A stretch of 64,000 nt of DNA. It comes from Candidatus Hydrothermarchaeum profundi (GTDB lineage Archaea; Hydrothermarchaeota; Hydrothermarchaeia; Hydrothermarchaeales; Hydrothermarchaeaceae). Positions 1 through 8,401 of this stretch are shown here, piece by piece. Position numbers and translations under genes: made by a program. Location of the stretch: assembly GCA_002011125.2 (NCBI GenBank), contig MTMF02000009.1, forward strand, positions 808,989 through 872,988. Reading direction: 5' to 3'. Under the pieces are notes generated by a model, which worked only from the letters and a program-made list of their open reading frames with translations, ran no database searches and was not told the DNA's origin. Numbering within the stretch: the stretch's first letter is position 1; each line of letters opens with the position of its first letter.

Positions 1-435
1 GGAGCCAACTATGTAAGAAGTTTTGAAATGATAAGTAAGTTTAACAAGCCATTATATCACTTGGTCTATGGTACCCAGCACTGGAAAGGTTTGAAAGCTA
101 TAAAAGAAGCGATGTACCGGGTTGATAAAACTGGCAATTACAGATTTTCAGACAGGACTACTCCTTCTCAAACTACAATGCTGGACTATGGTGTTGAAGC
201 AGTATGGGTCGCTAAAGCTGCAGAACTAATTTTTAAGGCATATAGGAGAGCCCCTAGTCCGATCCCCGTTACTATCATTGAAAAATTTGTCATCACTAGA
301 ACCCCATATGTTTTTAGAAAATCTATTCTAAGACATCTTGAAGAAAAAGAGAAGATAGTGGATGTAAAAATACCGAAGAGGAAAAGAAGAACGGGATATT
401 TTCCAGACGACGCTGTAGTAACCTTCGGTGAATGA
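1..435 (+). CDS. C-terminal part of a three-Cys-motif partner (TcmP-like) protein, 5'-truncated by the window
   Basis: Frame is open from base 1 (GANYVRSFEMISK...). YHLVYGTQHWKGLKAIKEAMYRVDKTGNYRFSD...Q resembles the TcmP C-terminal pattern Y-L-F-T-H-xx-G-xxx-MKxAMWxxD. Confidence 0.65.
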   Translation, partial: GANYVRSFEMISKFNKPLYHLVYGTQHWKGLKAIKEAMYRVDKTGNYRFSDRTTPSQTTMLDYGVEAVWVAKAAELIFKAYRRAPSPIPVTIIEKFVITRTPYVFRKSILRHLEEKEKIVDVKIPKRKRRTGYFPDDAVVTFGE

Positions 436-440
436 GGTTA

Positions 441-1412
441 TCAGAGCACGCAGTTACACTTTGGATTCTTATAATCGGTTCCCAGTGCTCGATGCATTTC
501 TATGGTTTCCTTGCAGATCCCTACTTCTGAATAACTGTAGTGATTTCTCAAGTAGCAGATCAAGGTAGAATATAATTTAAACCTATTTGGGAAGTCTATT
601 TTTTTACCCCAGCCGGAGGACTCGGTCATATAGGGCACCCAAGACTTGTCTTTGCAGTTATTTATCGTCGTGACAAGTCCTCTTAGCGATCCGAGGGTTA
701 TCCTCTCAGGTCTGAAGTTCGAGAAAATCATGTCGATTAAATTCTTATAGTGGACATCCCAATTCTTAATGGGAACGATTGGATCGATTCTTACCCTGAC
801 GGTATAGCCTGCATCATAGCATTTTTTGGCAGCACTGATCCGATGTTCTACTCTAGGAGCTCTTTTTTCCCATCTTTGGGCCACGGGCAAGGCATTAAGT
901 GTCCAGCTTAAAATCACTTGCCGTGGCATCCTCAACTCCAAGAGATTTTTAACGTTGCAGCCCTTCGTCAAAAAAAGGATCTTATGCTTATTCTGAGAAT
1001 TGAACAGGGGGATTATGAACCTGCTAAACGAATGCCCATTGCCCTCGTATAACAATGAGTCGGCAAGCTCGCCGCTGTTAAGCAACTCAGGTGGTGAACC
1101 ATTATTTAAGAACGCCTCGGTATGCCTCCTGATCACGTCGAAGTCTTTAATATTAGGCTTCCCATTCTTCCACTCGGGATGGAACCTGTAAGTACCCTGA
1201 AGATAACACCAAGCACAGTCATAAAAACACCCATTCGCCCACTTAAATTCGAGGAAATGTGGGCAAACAATGTCTCTAGGATTTTTAGGTGGGCCTGTTT
1301 TTTCAAATCTCTTTATTATGGATCCGTCACCAACCTGTTGGACTAACAGCTTTCTAGAACCATCTAAAGCCTCATATTCTTTCTTTTTAATTCTAATCTC
1401 TCTTACCCCCAT
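441..1412 (-). CDS. Spore-photoproduct-lyase-like radical SAM protein
   Basis: GCFYDCAWCYLQG (CxxxCxxC), GELADSL, LFLTK, R-IDPI, ITLGSLR, C-terminal CKE and CNC. Confidence 0.8.
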   Translation of the reverse strand: MGVREIRIKKKEYEALDGSRKLLVQQVGDGSIIKRFEKTGPPKNPRDIVCPHFLEFKWANGCFYDCAWCYLQGTYRFHPEWKNGKPNIKDFDVIRRHTEAFLNNGSPPELLNSGELADSLLYEGNGHSFSRFIIPLFNSQNKHKILFLTKGCNVKNLLELRMPRQVILSWTLNALPVAQRWEKRAPRVEHRISAAKKCYDAGYTVRVRIDPIVPIKNWDVHYKNLIDMIFSNFRPERITLGSLRGLVTTINNCKDKSWVPYMTESSGWGKKIDFPNRFKLYSTLICYLRNHYSYSEVGICKETIEMHRALGTDYKNPKCNCVL

Positions 1413-1515
1413 ATTGTTCCCTACCGTAAAAATATTTTGCCTAGAATATATATCTTACCAGTGCGCAGGAAAAGTAGGATAGTGAGATGCACCGGCGTGT
1501 CCTTTCCAGTACTTT

Positions 1516-1980
1516 TTATCTCCATGAAGATGGGTCGAACTCCGATATTGGTATAAACCTCTCGTCTATCTCGGCTAGCCCGTTCTTCAAAAGCTCGGCG
1601 TTAAGGTTCTTACCCTTGCAGTAGACGACGGCTACAACCCGGCCGTATTTATCTCTCGGCTGGCCGTCATCAACATCGATATACGCCGTTGAGCCAACAG
1701 AACATAGGGACGCTGTAAACTGAGCTGCCTCAAAGAAGCCTGACATACCTCTCTCCGGCGTATCCACCAACGCCAGCCTTACTCTTTCTCCATCAACCTC
1801 CAGAGTGTCTCCGTCTATAACCCTAGTGACCGTGCCAGAGTACTCGTAGGTAAAACCCTTCCCTACAATATGTCCCGTGACTCCTGTTTGTACAAAATAC
1901 TCATAGGTAAAGTAGATTCCGGAGATTCCTCCTAGAGCGAAGAAAGTCCCACATAGGAAAAGAGCATGCTTCAATCTCAT
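1516..1980 (-). CDS. Membrane-anchored thermonuclease (SNase family)
   Basis: N-terminal hydrophobic helix; VIDGDT, RLALVDTPE, DKYGR and NAELLKNGLA motifs. Confidence 0.9.
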   Translation of the reverse strand: MRLKHALFLCGTFFALGGISGIYFTYEYFVQTGVTGHIVGKGFTYEYSGTVTRVIDGDTLEVDGERVRLALVDTPERGMSGFFEAAQFTASLCSVGSTAYIDVDDGQPRDKYGRVVAVVYCKGKNLNAELLKNGLAEIDERFIPISEFDPSSWR

Positions 1981-2587
1981 ATAAAACTCCCTTTCTCCAA
2001 GAGAACTTTATATACGCAGAGGCAAGCGGGTTTTTCACTACTCTATATTGAATCCGAATAGCAGCTCTGAAGTCAATCTGGCATATAGCTCTGTAGCTGC
2101 AGCCATGCTAGGAGCAGAGTGTACTTGAGGTAGTTCCACATCCCGTGGAGGTAGTATCCTGAAAAGAACTCGCTTGTCCCTTCAAGACTCCTCAAATACC
2201 TGTATATTTCCTTCCTTTCTACATGGCTAGAAGCCATATCTCCCTAGGACCCTCCATGCTATTTTTTCCTAAATATGTTCGAAAATCTTTTCTTTAGCTA
2301 AATAAGTCATAATTTCTACATATTTAAATTTTTCTTATCGCACTACTACTTTCTTAATTTTATTTAGGCTTGTTTAGAGAGAAAAAATCCGGAAAGAAAA
2401 CATTATCACCGTAGTCCGACATTTATTATAAAACAAAAGGTGTTTTGAGAGAAATTCCTAGATTTTATTTTCTCTATGATATAAATTACATTAATGTATG
2501 CAAATTTTCATTGAAGAGCTTTATCTATCCTTATCTCAAACTCGGCTGTGGCTGTGATAAAGATTATAGTGAAACAGCTTGGCTCTT

Positions 2588-2917
2588 TTATCTGGGTTTT
2601 CGTATTTCTTTCCCTGTGATTTCTTCTTGGGCTATTTTTTCAGCCATGTAGTCCGCTGCTTCTAAGTCGAATTTAAGCAGCTTCTGAACTATTGGATTGT
2701 CGATGTTTAGGGTATATAGCGTCGCCCTTCCTATAGTTCGTGTCGCCTTAACGAGATTCCAACGCTCTAACTTTTCCCAATGCCTATTCAAAGTGCTCCA
2801 TCCTATACCGGCATGTTCTGCGATCTCTGTCTTCGTATAGTCAAATCCTTTATGATCTATAAGATGGTCTAGAATCTTTATTATAGGCGTCTCTCCAAAG
2901 ATGTCTTTTAATGCCAC
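2588..2917 (-). CDS. Small winged-helix DNA-binding protein
   Basis: DYTKTEIAEHAGIGWSTL HTH followed by the wing TRTIGRATLYTLN. Confidence 0.8.
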   Translation of the reverse strand: MALKDIFGETPIIKILDHLIDHKGFDYTKTEIAEHAGIGWSTLNRHWEKLERWNLVKATRTIGRATLYTLNIDNPIVQKLLKFDLEAADYMAEKIAQEEITGKEIRKPR

Positions 2918-3021
2918 TACATTCCACCAGCTATTAATTTATATATTGGTATATTTAAATCTTATGAATAGAAACTTTTAAATGTCGTCTTATGATATAA
3001 TATAATTTCGCTAGTGATATA

Positions 3022-3267
3022 ATGTTATCTAAGATCGAAAAACATATTCTGTTCAAGCTTTACCGTAATTTTTATATCGGTAGAAGGCACACGTCTGTGG
3101 ATAACATTGTTAAAGGTCTACCTAAACATACGCGTGGTGAAGCAAAAAAGGCGGTTCGATCCCTCATTAAGAGGGGCTATATTCTTTCTAAGCCCACCTC
3201 TTATGGTGCTCAGGTATCTCTTAACCCTAGGATGATTGCAAAAATAAAACAGGCTTTAGAAGATTAA
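3022..3267 (+). CDS. Small basic hypothetical protein (winged-helix-like)
   Basis: 81-aa ORF with IGRRHT..KGLP..LIKRGYI..KPTSYG..VSLNP, a pattern I associate with uncharacterised small archaeal proteins. Confidence 0.65.
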   Translation: MLSKIEKHILFKLYRNFYIGRRHTSVDNIVKGLPKHTRGEAKKAVRSLIKRGYILSKPTSYGAQVSLNPRMIAKIKQALED

Positions 3268-3399
3268 AGGCAACAAAAGGATGATAGGCCTAGGAAATAA
3301 ATCCGAAAGAGAGAATTAAGATAAAAACATCAAGAGTAACTTTTGGTTTCTTATTCGAAAATACTTATCTTGAGAAAAGACCTTAAATAAGGATTATCT

Positions 3400-5598
3400 A
3401 TGGAATTCGTTTCTCACCCTCTCATAAAAGAAGATACCTTGGAAGCAAGACTTTATCAGCAGGTTATAGTAGGCAGTGCGATCTCAGATAATACACTAGT
3501 CGTCGCTCCAACAGCATTGGGAAAGACTGTCATAGCTGTTTTGCTGGCCGCACACAGGCTAGAGAAATACCCCGATAGCATGGTACTGATGATTTCGTCC
3601 ACTAGGCCTCTCGTAAACCAGCATGCTGCCAGCTTCAAAAAATTCTTAAATATTAGCGAGGATGATATCAAGGTTTTCACAGGTCATACGCCACCAGAGG
3701 AAAGGAGAGAAATATGGAAAAGCGCAAAGGTGATCTGTGCTACGCCCCAGGTAATCAAGAATGACCTAATCTCGGGCAAGTATACCTTAGAGAATGTAAG
3801 CTTAATAATATTTGACGAAGCTCACAGAACAAGTGGCGATTACCCCTATGCCTTCATTGCAAAGCAGTATGTTAATACCTCTAAGAATCCTTTGATACTT
3901 GGGCTAACAGCATCCCCTGGGGCGGATGAGACTAGAATAAAGGAGGTCTGTGATAACTTATTCATTAAAAACATAGAAGTCAGGACCGAGTCAGATCCTG
4001 ATGTGAGACCCTATATCAAAGGGATGGATATAGAGTGGAGGATGCTTGACCTTCCAGAGGAGTTCTCAAGAATTAAAGAGGCGCTGGAGGAGGCTATGAA
4101 ACAGCGCTTAAAGAACCTGAAGGAAATAGGCCTTATTAGATCCACAGATGTCAGCATACCTAAAAAAGACCTGCTCGCTCTTAGGGGGAAGCTTCAAAAT
4201 GAACTTGCTAAGGGAGAAGCAGCTCCGGAGATATATATTGGAATCTCAAATGTCGCAGCATGTATAAATCTATCCCATGCCCTTGAGCTACTTGAAACCC
4301 AGGGACTAGAGACTCTTCAAAAATACTTTCATAGGCTTAGAAGCCAGTCAACTAAGGCAGCTAAAAATCTCATAAACGATGCGAAGGTAATGCGCGCCAT
4401 TAGGCTCACGGAAAACCTGTCATCGGAGTTACACCATCCTAAGCTCGACGCTCTGGTAGAGATTATAAAAAAGGAGAGGGGAAAGAGGATAATTGTTTTC
4501 ACTCAGTACCGGGACTCCGCTCAAAAGATAACAGAAAAGCTTGGAGAAATAAAGGGCATAAGGGCAGCTAGGTTCGTGGGTCAAGCCTCACGCTCTGAGG
4601 ATAAGGGCCTCACCCAAAAAGAACAGCTCGCCGTGCTAGAGAAATTCCGCTCAGGCGAGTACAATGTTCTTGTAAGTACCTCCGTTGGTGAAGAAGGCCT
4701 AGATATACCTAAAACCGATTTAGTTGTATTCTATGAGCCTATTCCAAGCGAGATCAGATCTATTCAAAGGAGAGGAAGAACAGGAAGGAGCAGAGCCGGA
4801 AAAGTAATCGTTCTTGTTACCAAGAATACCCGTGATGAGGGATTCTACTGGAGTAGCTTCCATAAGGAAAGGAAAATGAGAAAGGTATTAGACGGTCTAA
4901 AAGATAAATACTACAAGCCGAAGTTAGACGTTGCGCAGAAAGAGCTAAGGGATTTCTATGAAAGTTCTTTAGTTGTAGACTCAAGGGAGCTTTCTTCAAA
5001 TGTGCCGAAAGAGTTGCTCGAATTTGGGGTAATATCCAAGCCTAAGATGCTAGAAGTTGGGGACTATATTATAAGTGATAGAACCTGCGTAGAGAGAAAG
5101 ACCGCAGAGGACTTCCTAGGGAGTCTAGTAGATGGAAGGCTCATGCAGCAGATGAAAAGACTTAGAGAGGAATATTCAAGGCCGATTCTCATAATCGAGG
5201 GCGAGGGCATATACTCTAAGAGAGGAATACATCCTAACGCAGTTAGGGGGGCATTAGCAAGCATCGTTCTTGACTTTGGTATCCCTACTCTCTTCACAAG
5301 GGATGAAAAGGAGACAGCAGCCTTCCTAGCAGCCCTATTAAGGAGAGAGGAAAGAGAAAAAAGGGAAATACAGATCAGAGCAGATAAGAGGATATCCACC
5401 CTAAAAGAGCAGCAGGAGTCGGTGATAGCTGGACTTCCTAATATTAATATCATACTGGCAAGAAGGCTGCTTAAAGAGTTTGGATCTGTGTTAGGGGTAT
5501 TCACAGCAAGTGTAGAGGATTTAAAAAAAGTAAAAGGCATTGGAGACAAGACGGCTGAGGAGATACGGAGGGTTCTAACTCAGAGGTACGAGGAGTGA
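3400..5598 (+). CDS. hef: Hef helicase/nuclease (DEAH helicase + ERCC4/XPF nuclease + HhH)
   Basis: PTALGKT, DEAH, TASPG, QRRGRTGR, GDY..VERK nuclease motif, C-terminal GIG HhH. Confidence 0.95.
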   Translation: MEFVSHPLIKEDTLEARLYQQVIVGSAISDNTLVVAPTALGKTVIAVLLAAHRLEKYPDSMVLMISSTRPLVNQHAASFKKFLNISEDDIKVFTGHTPPEERREIWKSAKVICATPQVIKNDLISGKYTLENVSLIIFDEAHRTSGDYPYAFIAKQYVNTSKNPLILGLTASPGADETRIKEVCDNLFIKNIEVRTESDPDVRPYIKGMDIEWRMLDLPEEFSRIKEALEEAMKQRLKNLKEIGLIRSTDVSIPKKDLLALRGKLQNELAKGEAAPEIYIGISNVAACINLSHALELLETQGLETLQKYFHRLRSQSTKAAKNLINDAKVMRAIRLTENLSSELHHPKLDALVEIIKKERGKRIIVFTQYRDSAQKITEKLGEIKGIRAARFVGQASRSEDKGLTQKEQLAVLEKFRSGEYNVLVSTSVGEEGLDIPKTDLVVFYEPIPSEIRSIQRRGRTGRSRAGKVIVLVTKNTRDEGFYWSSFHKERKMRKVLDGLKDKYYKPKLDVAQKELRDFYESSLVVDSRELSSNVPKELLEFGVISKPKMLEVGDYIISDRTCVERKTAEDFLGSLVDGRLMQQMKRLREEYSRPILIIEGEGIYSKRGIHPNAVRGALASIVLDFGIPTLFTRDEKETAAFLAALLRREEREKREIQIRADKRISTLKEQQESVIAGLPNINIILARRLLKEFGSVLGVFTASVEDLKKVKGIGDKTAEEIRRVLTQRYEE

Positions 5599-5694
5599 TC
5601 ACTCCTTCAACATCTCTTTTAGACGTTTTTTTTCTAAATTTCGCGCTTTCTCCTCACCCTTCCTCTCCTTCTCCCTCTTGTTCGGTCTTCCCAT
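5599..5694 (-). CDS. Putative 31-aa charged microprotein MGRPNKREKERKGEEKARNLEKKRLKEMLKE
   Basis: Manually translated ATG(5694)-TGA(5599) ORF that fills the gap between hef and the divergent gene at 5734. Confidence 0.45.
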   Translation of the reverse strand: MGRPNKREKERKGEEKARNLEKKRLKEMLKE

Positions 5695-5733
5695 ACTTTA
5701 GTTTTATATCCTCTCCGATTGAAATAACTTTCC

Positions 5734-6216
5734 ATGCATTCAGTGAAAACCTTTGACAGGCCACTAGAGGATATTAAAGAAGCTGTTAAGGACATTTTTG
5801 AGATAATTGGGGACTGCACAATATCCGGTAATATAATCACATGCAAAGGGAAGAATAGGAAATATGTTGCTACATTAAGAGACTTGGGTGAGAGCACAGA
5901 CCTTCATCTCTCTCTAGAGGTAAGAAAAGGAATTTTTAGCATGTTTAGAAAAAAACAACCTTTTGAGGGAGCTGAAGAATTGGAAAGGATATGGAGATAT
6001 CTGGAGCTAAGACTTACAAGAGAAACTACTTCCCTCGACGGCTTTATTGATAAGTTGCTCTTCAGCAGGAGTTCCAAGGTACAAATACCCGGTGGGATAA
6101 AAGTGAACAGTGAGCCAGGCGGCATTATGAGGCTAAAGGGTAAGGACGGAGAAATAAGGGAGATATTACCTCCAAAGAAGTTCCGGGTAGAAAAAGGGTT
6201 TATAATCTTTGAATAA
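5734..6216 (+). CDS. Hypothetical protein
   Basis: 160-aa ORF with host-like codon usage; TTTATAT about 26 nt upstream of the ATG. Confidence 0.7.
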   Translation: MHSVKTFDRPLEDIKEAVKDIFEIIGDCTISGNIITCKGKNRKYVATLRDLGESTDLHLSLEVRKGIFSMFRKKQPFEGAEELERIWRYLELRLTRETTSLDGFIDKLLFSRSSKVQIPGGIKVNSEPGGIMRLKGKDGEIREILPPKKFRVEKGFIIFE

Positions 6217-6366
6217 AAGATTACGTACCATTGAGCATCAAAAATAATCCTTCAAACACACCCTATCAAACTCATATCCGATATTTTTCCATTAATAGCG
6301 TAATATAAAGATTTAATCCGGTTTTTATATGTTTTTTCTTATTTAATGGGCTTTTCTTAGTCTGCG

Positions 6367-6636
6367 ATGGAAATCAGGATTAAGTGGACTAGGAAGGCCG
6401 AGCAGCATATTGCCAAGCATGGGCTAACTAAGTCGCAAGTTGACAAGGCCATTGAAGGAAGATTTGTTATACTCCGAACACGGTATAACCGTTATAAGAT
6501 CCTGTGCAAATATGAAGGCAGGATAATAGCTGTGATCACTGAGCCGTACAAGAGCAGGGAGTTCAACATGAAGGGAATCACGGCAAGGGATGCCGATGAT
6601 AAAGAGAAAAGACTATATAAAAAGAAGGTGAAATAG
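6367..6636 (+). CDS. BrnT/DUF4258-like ribonuclease toxin
   Basis: W..KA..HIAKHG...RY....GRIIAVI...ITARDA...EKRLY matches the BrnT-type pattern. Confidence 0.75.
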   Translation: MEIRIKWTRKAEQHIAKHGLTKSQVDKAIEGRFVILRTRYNRYKILCKYEGRIIAVITEPYKSREFNMKGITARDADDKEKRLYKKKVK

Positions 6637-6642
6637 TCTACT

Positions 6643-6795
6643 ATGCCATGTAAAAAGAAAAAAATCACCTGGGAGGATATAGAAAAACTCAAGGTCGGAG
6701 AAAGCTTAGTAGGACCGGCTGGAACATTTGAAAACGTATGGCCTGAAGAAAGGCCTAAAAAGAAGAAGCCCCGGATAGGCATGTCAGATGTCTAA
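6643..6795 (+). CDS. Putative 50-aa antitoxin (not in the ORF track)
   Basis: MPCKKKKITWEDIEKLKVGESLVGPAGTFENVWPEERPKKKKPRIGMSDV; starts 6 nt after the toxin stop, with an AAGGTGA RBS-like site upstream. Confidence 0.5.
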   Translation: MPCKKKKITWEDIEKLKVGESLVGPAGTFENVWPEERPKKKKPRIGMSDV

Positions 6796-7000
6796 AAAAT
6801 TTTTTTGCGATAAGAACATGGCAAATTTCCCATTCATGTTAAAATCATTTTTTATACATTAAAAGGAGCAAGATTTAAGCTTATTTTTTTTATGTAACTA
6901 AAAAACATAGACCGAAAGAAGATGTAGAAAATAGGTAAAAAATGCCCTTTTTCTCTGATAAAAATTAATAAAGATTCTTTATTTAAGTTAAAAGAGCATA

Positions 7001-7144
7001 TTACTCCCCATACTCAGTTAGTAGGAACATCCACAGAGGTATTAGAAGTATAACATTCCCATAATTTTCTCTTTTTTGGAGTAGGTCTTTTGTTATAACA
7101 ATACCATCTGTTTTAAATTCTTTACAAAAATTAATTAAGCCTCC
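7001..7144 (-). pseudogene. 3' remnant of an AAA_14/DUF4143-type ATP-binding protein gene
   Basis: Start-less frame GGLINFCKEFKTDGIVITKDLLQKRENYGNVILLIPLWMFLLTEYGE*; GIVITKD...IPLWxFLL is the typical C-terminus of this family. Confidence 0.7.
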
Positions 7145-7161
7145 ATTATGTTGGAAAAAAA

Positions 7162-7746
7162 TTAACTCATATTTAAGGAGGCTATATAAAGCCTGTAAAT
7201 AGCGGTAGCATTTGATATTAGACCGAGAAATATTAGCCCAACATATACCTGATCTAAAAGAGTGAAAATTATAAGCAAAAGCAGGCGCTCAGATCTAGCT
7301 CCGAGACCAACATCAAGATCTAATCCTTCTTTCTCCGCTCTTGCCCTAGTATAGCTCACCATTACGAAGCCTGTAATTGTTAGCATAGCCAGTATATAGG
7401 GGGATATCGGTAAGACCTGTGTCGAGTAGATATCTAGGTATACGGCGGCCCCTAACACTATCGCAGCATCAGCATACCTATCCAAAATGCTATCCAGAAA
7501 AGCACCCCATTCTGACCGGCGTCCACTTATCCTCGCTAGTTCGCCGTCAACGCCGTCTATCAAGCCATTAAAGAAAATAGATAACGCAGCTGGAACTAAA
7601 CTGCCCTTATAGTAAAAGTAGATTGATGAAAAGGCAAAAAATAGAGCGATGAGAGATGCAGCATTAGGCCCTACTCCTATCCTATTTAAAAACAATGCAA
7701 TTAGCCTTACGACCGGATTAAATAGCCCTCTTAATCTAAATCTCAT
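7162..7746 (-). CDS. CDP-alcohol phosphatidyltransferase family protein
   Basis: DGVDGELAR-x8-GAFLDSILDRYAD signature; SYTRARAE; multiple TM segments. Confidence 0.92.
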   Translation of the reverse strand: MRFRLRGLFNPVVRLIALFLNRIGVGPNAASLIALFFAFSSIYFYYKGSLVPAALSIFFNGLIDGVDGELARISGRRSEWGAFLDSILDRYADAAIVLGAAVYLDIYSTQVLPISPYILAMLTITGFVMVSYTRARAEKEGLDLDVGLGARSERLLLLIIFTLLDQVYVGLIFLGLISNATAIYRLYIASLNMS

Positions 7747-8390
7747 AAACCGTCTCCAAAAATTCTCCTCGCGGCTTCAAGATCCTCAGGGGTATCCACA
7801 TCCACTATAGCGTAATCAGATAGCGACACCGCGTTAACCTCGATACCAGTTTTAATGCAATATTCAAGGAAGCCTTTCAGCGAGGAAGTATTTAAAGAAG
7901 CCCTCTTAGCAATATCAAATATCCTTGGATCTAGAACAGCTATGCCAGTAGAATAATATCCTCCACAGCCTATTTTTTTGACCCTGCTTTTATCTATGTC
8001 TACCTCTGTGGAGCTTTCTCTATCTATTACTCCGAGAGTAAAGATTCCCTCAGACTCTGATATCAACTTCTTAATCCCTTGGCTATCTATCAAAACATCA
8101 CATGGGTTAAAAACAAAGGGCTCCGAAATATATTTTTCAACACTTAGTAAGGAGTATAGACTACCTTTATCGTAGTGTGGATTACCGACAAATAATATCT
8201 CTCGACTATCGAGCCGTTTCTTAACATCCTCTGCCCTGAAGCCTACCACTACTGTAATTTTCTCTATTCCAGCTCTTTTAAGCCCTTTTATTACATGAGA
8301 AATCAAAGGCTCGCCTCCGATTTGTGCCAAGGCCTTAGGCGATACGGGTAATCTTCTACCATATCCGGCGGCAGGAATCACAGCTTCCAT
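7743..8390 (-). CDS. NTP transferase (IPCT/LicC-like cytidylyltransferase)
   Basis: AVIPAAGYGRR..PKAL, NPHYDKGS, DVDTPEDL; 4-bp overlap with the downstream gene. Confidence 0.85.
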   Translation of the reverse strand: MEAVIPAAGYGRRLPVSPKALAQIGGEPLISHVIKGLKRAGIEKITVVVGFRAEDVKKRLDSREILFVGNPHYDKGSLYSLLSVEKYISEPFVFNPCDVLIDSQGIKKLISESEGIFTLGVIDRESSTEVDIDKSRVKKIGCGGYYSTGIAVLDPRIFDIAKRASLNTSSLKGFLEYCIKTGIEVNAVSLSDYAIVDVDTPEDLEAARRIFGDGL

Positions 8391-8401
8391 GAGAATACAT
8401 A

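Noticed and set aside
441-1412. Calling the radical SAM a true spore photoproduct lyase (splB)
   Set aside because: The host is archaeal and the SplB H-donor Cys region appears replaced (GELADS); only family-level similarity is supported.
2075-2260. Short minus-strand ORF (MASSHVERKEIYRYLRSLEG...) or degraded gene
   Set aside because: About 54 codons, no recognisable motif, stops in the adjacent frames; cannot be supported.
2445-2651. 68-aa plus-strand ORF
   Set aside because: TTG start in AT-rich DNA, overlaps the HTH gene in antisense, no motifs.
5634-5897. 87-aa minus-strand ORF with an Arg-rich end
   Set aside because: Largely antisense to the 5734 gene; the 31-aa ORF in another frame fits the gap better.
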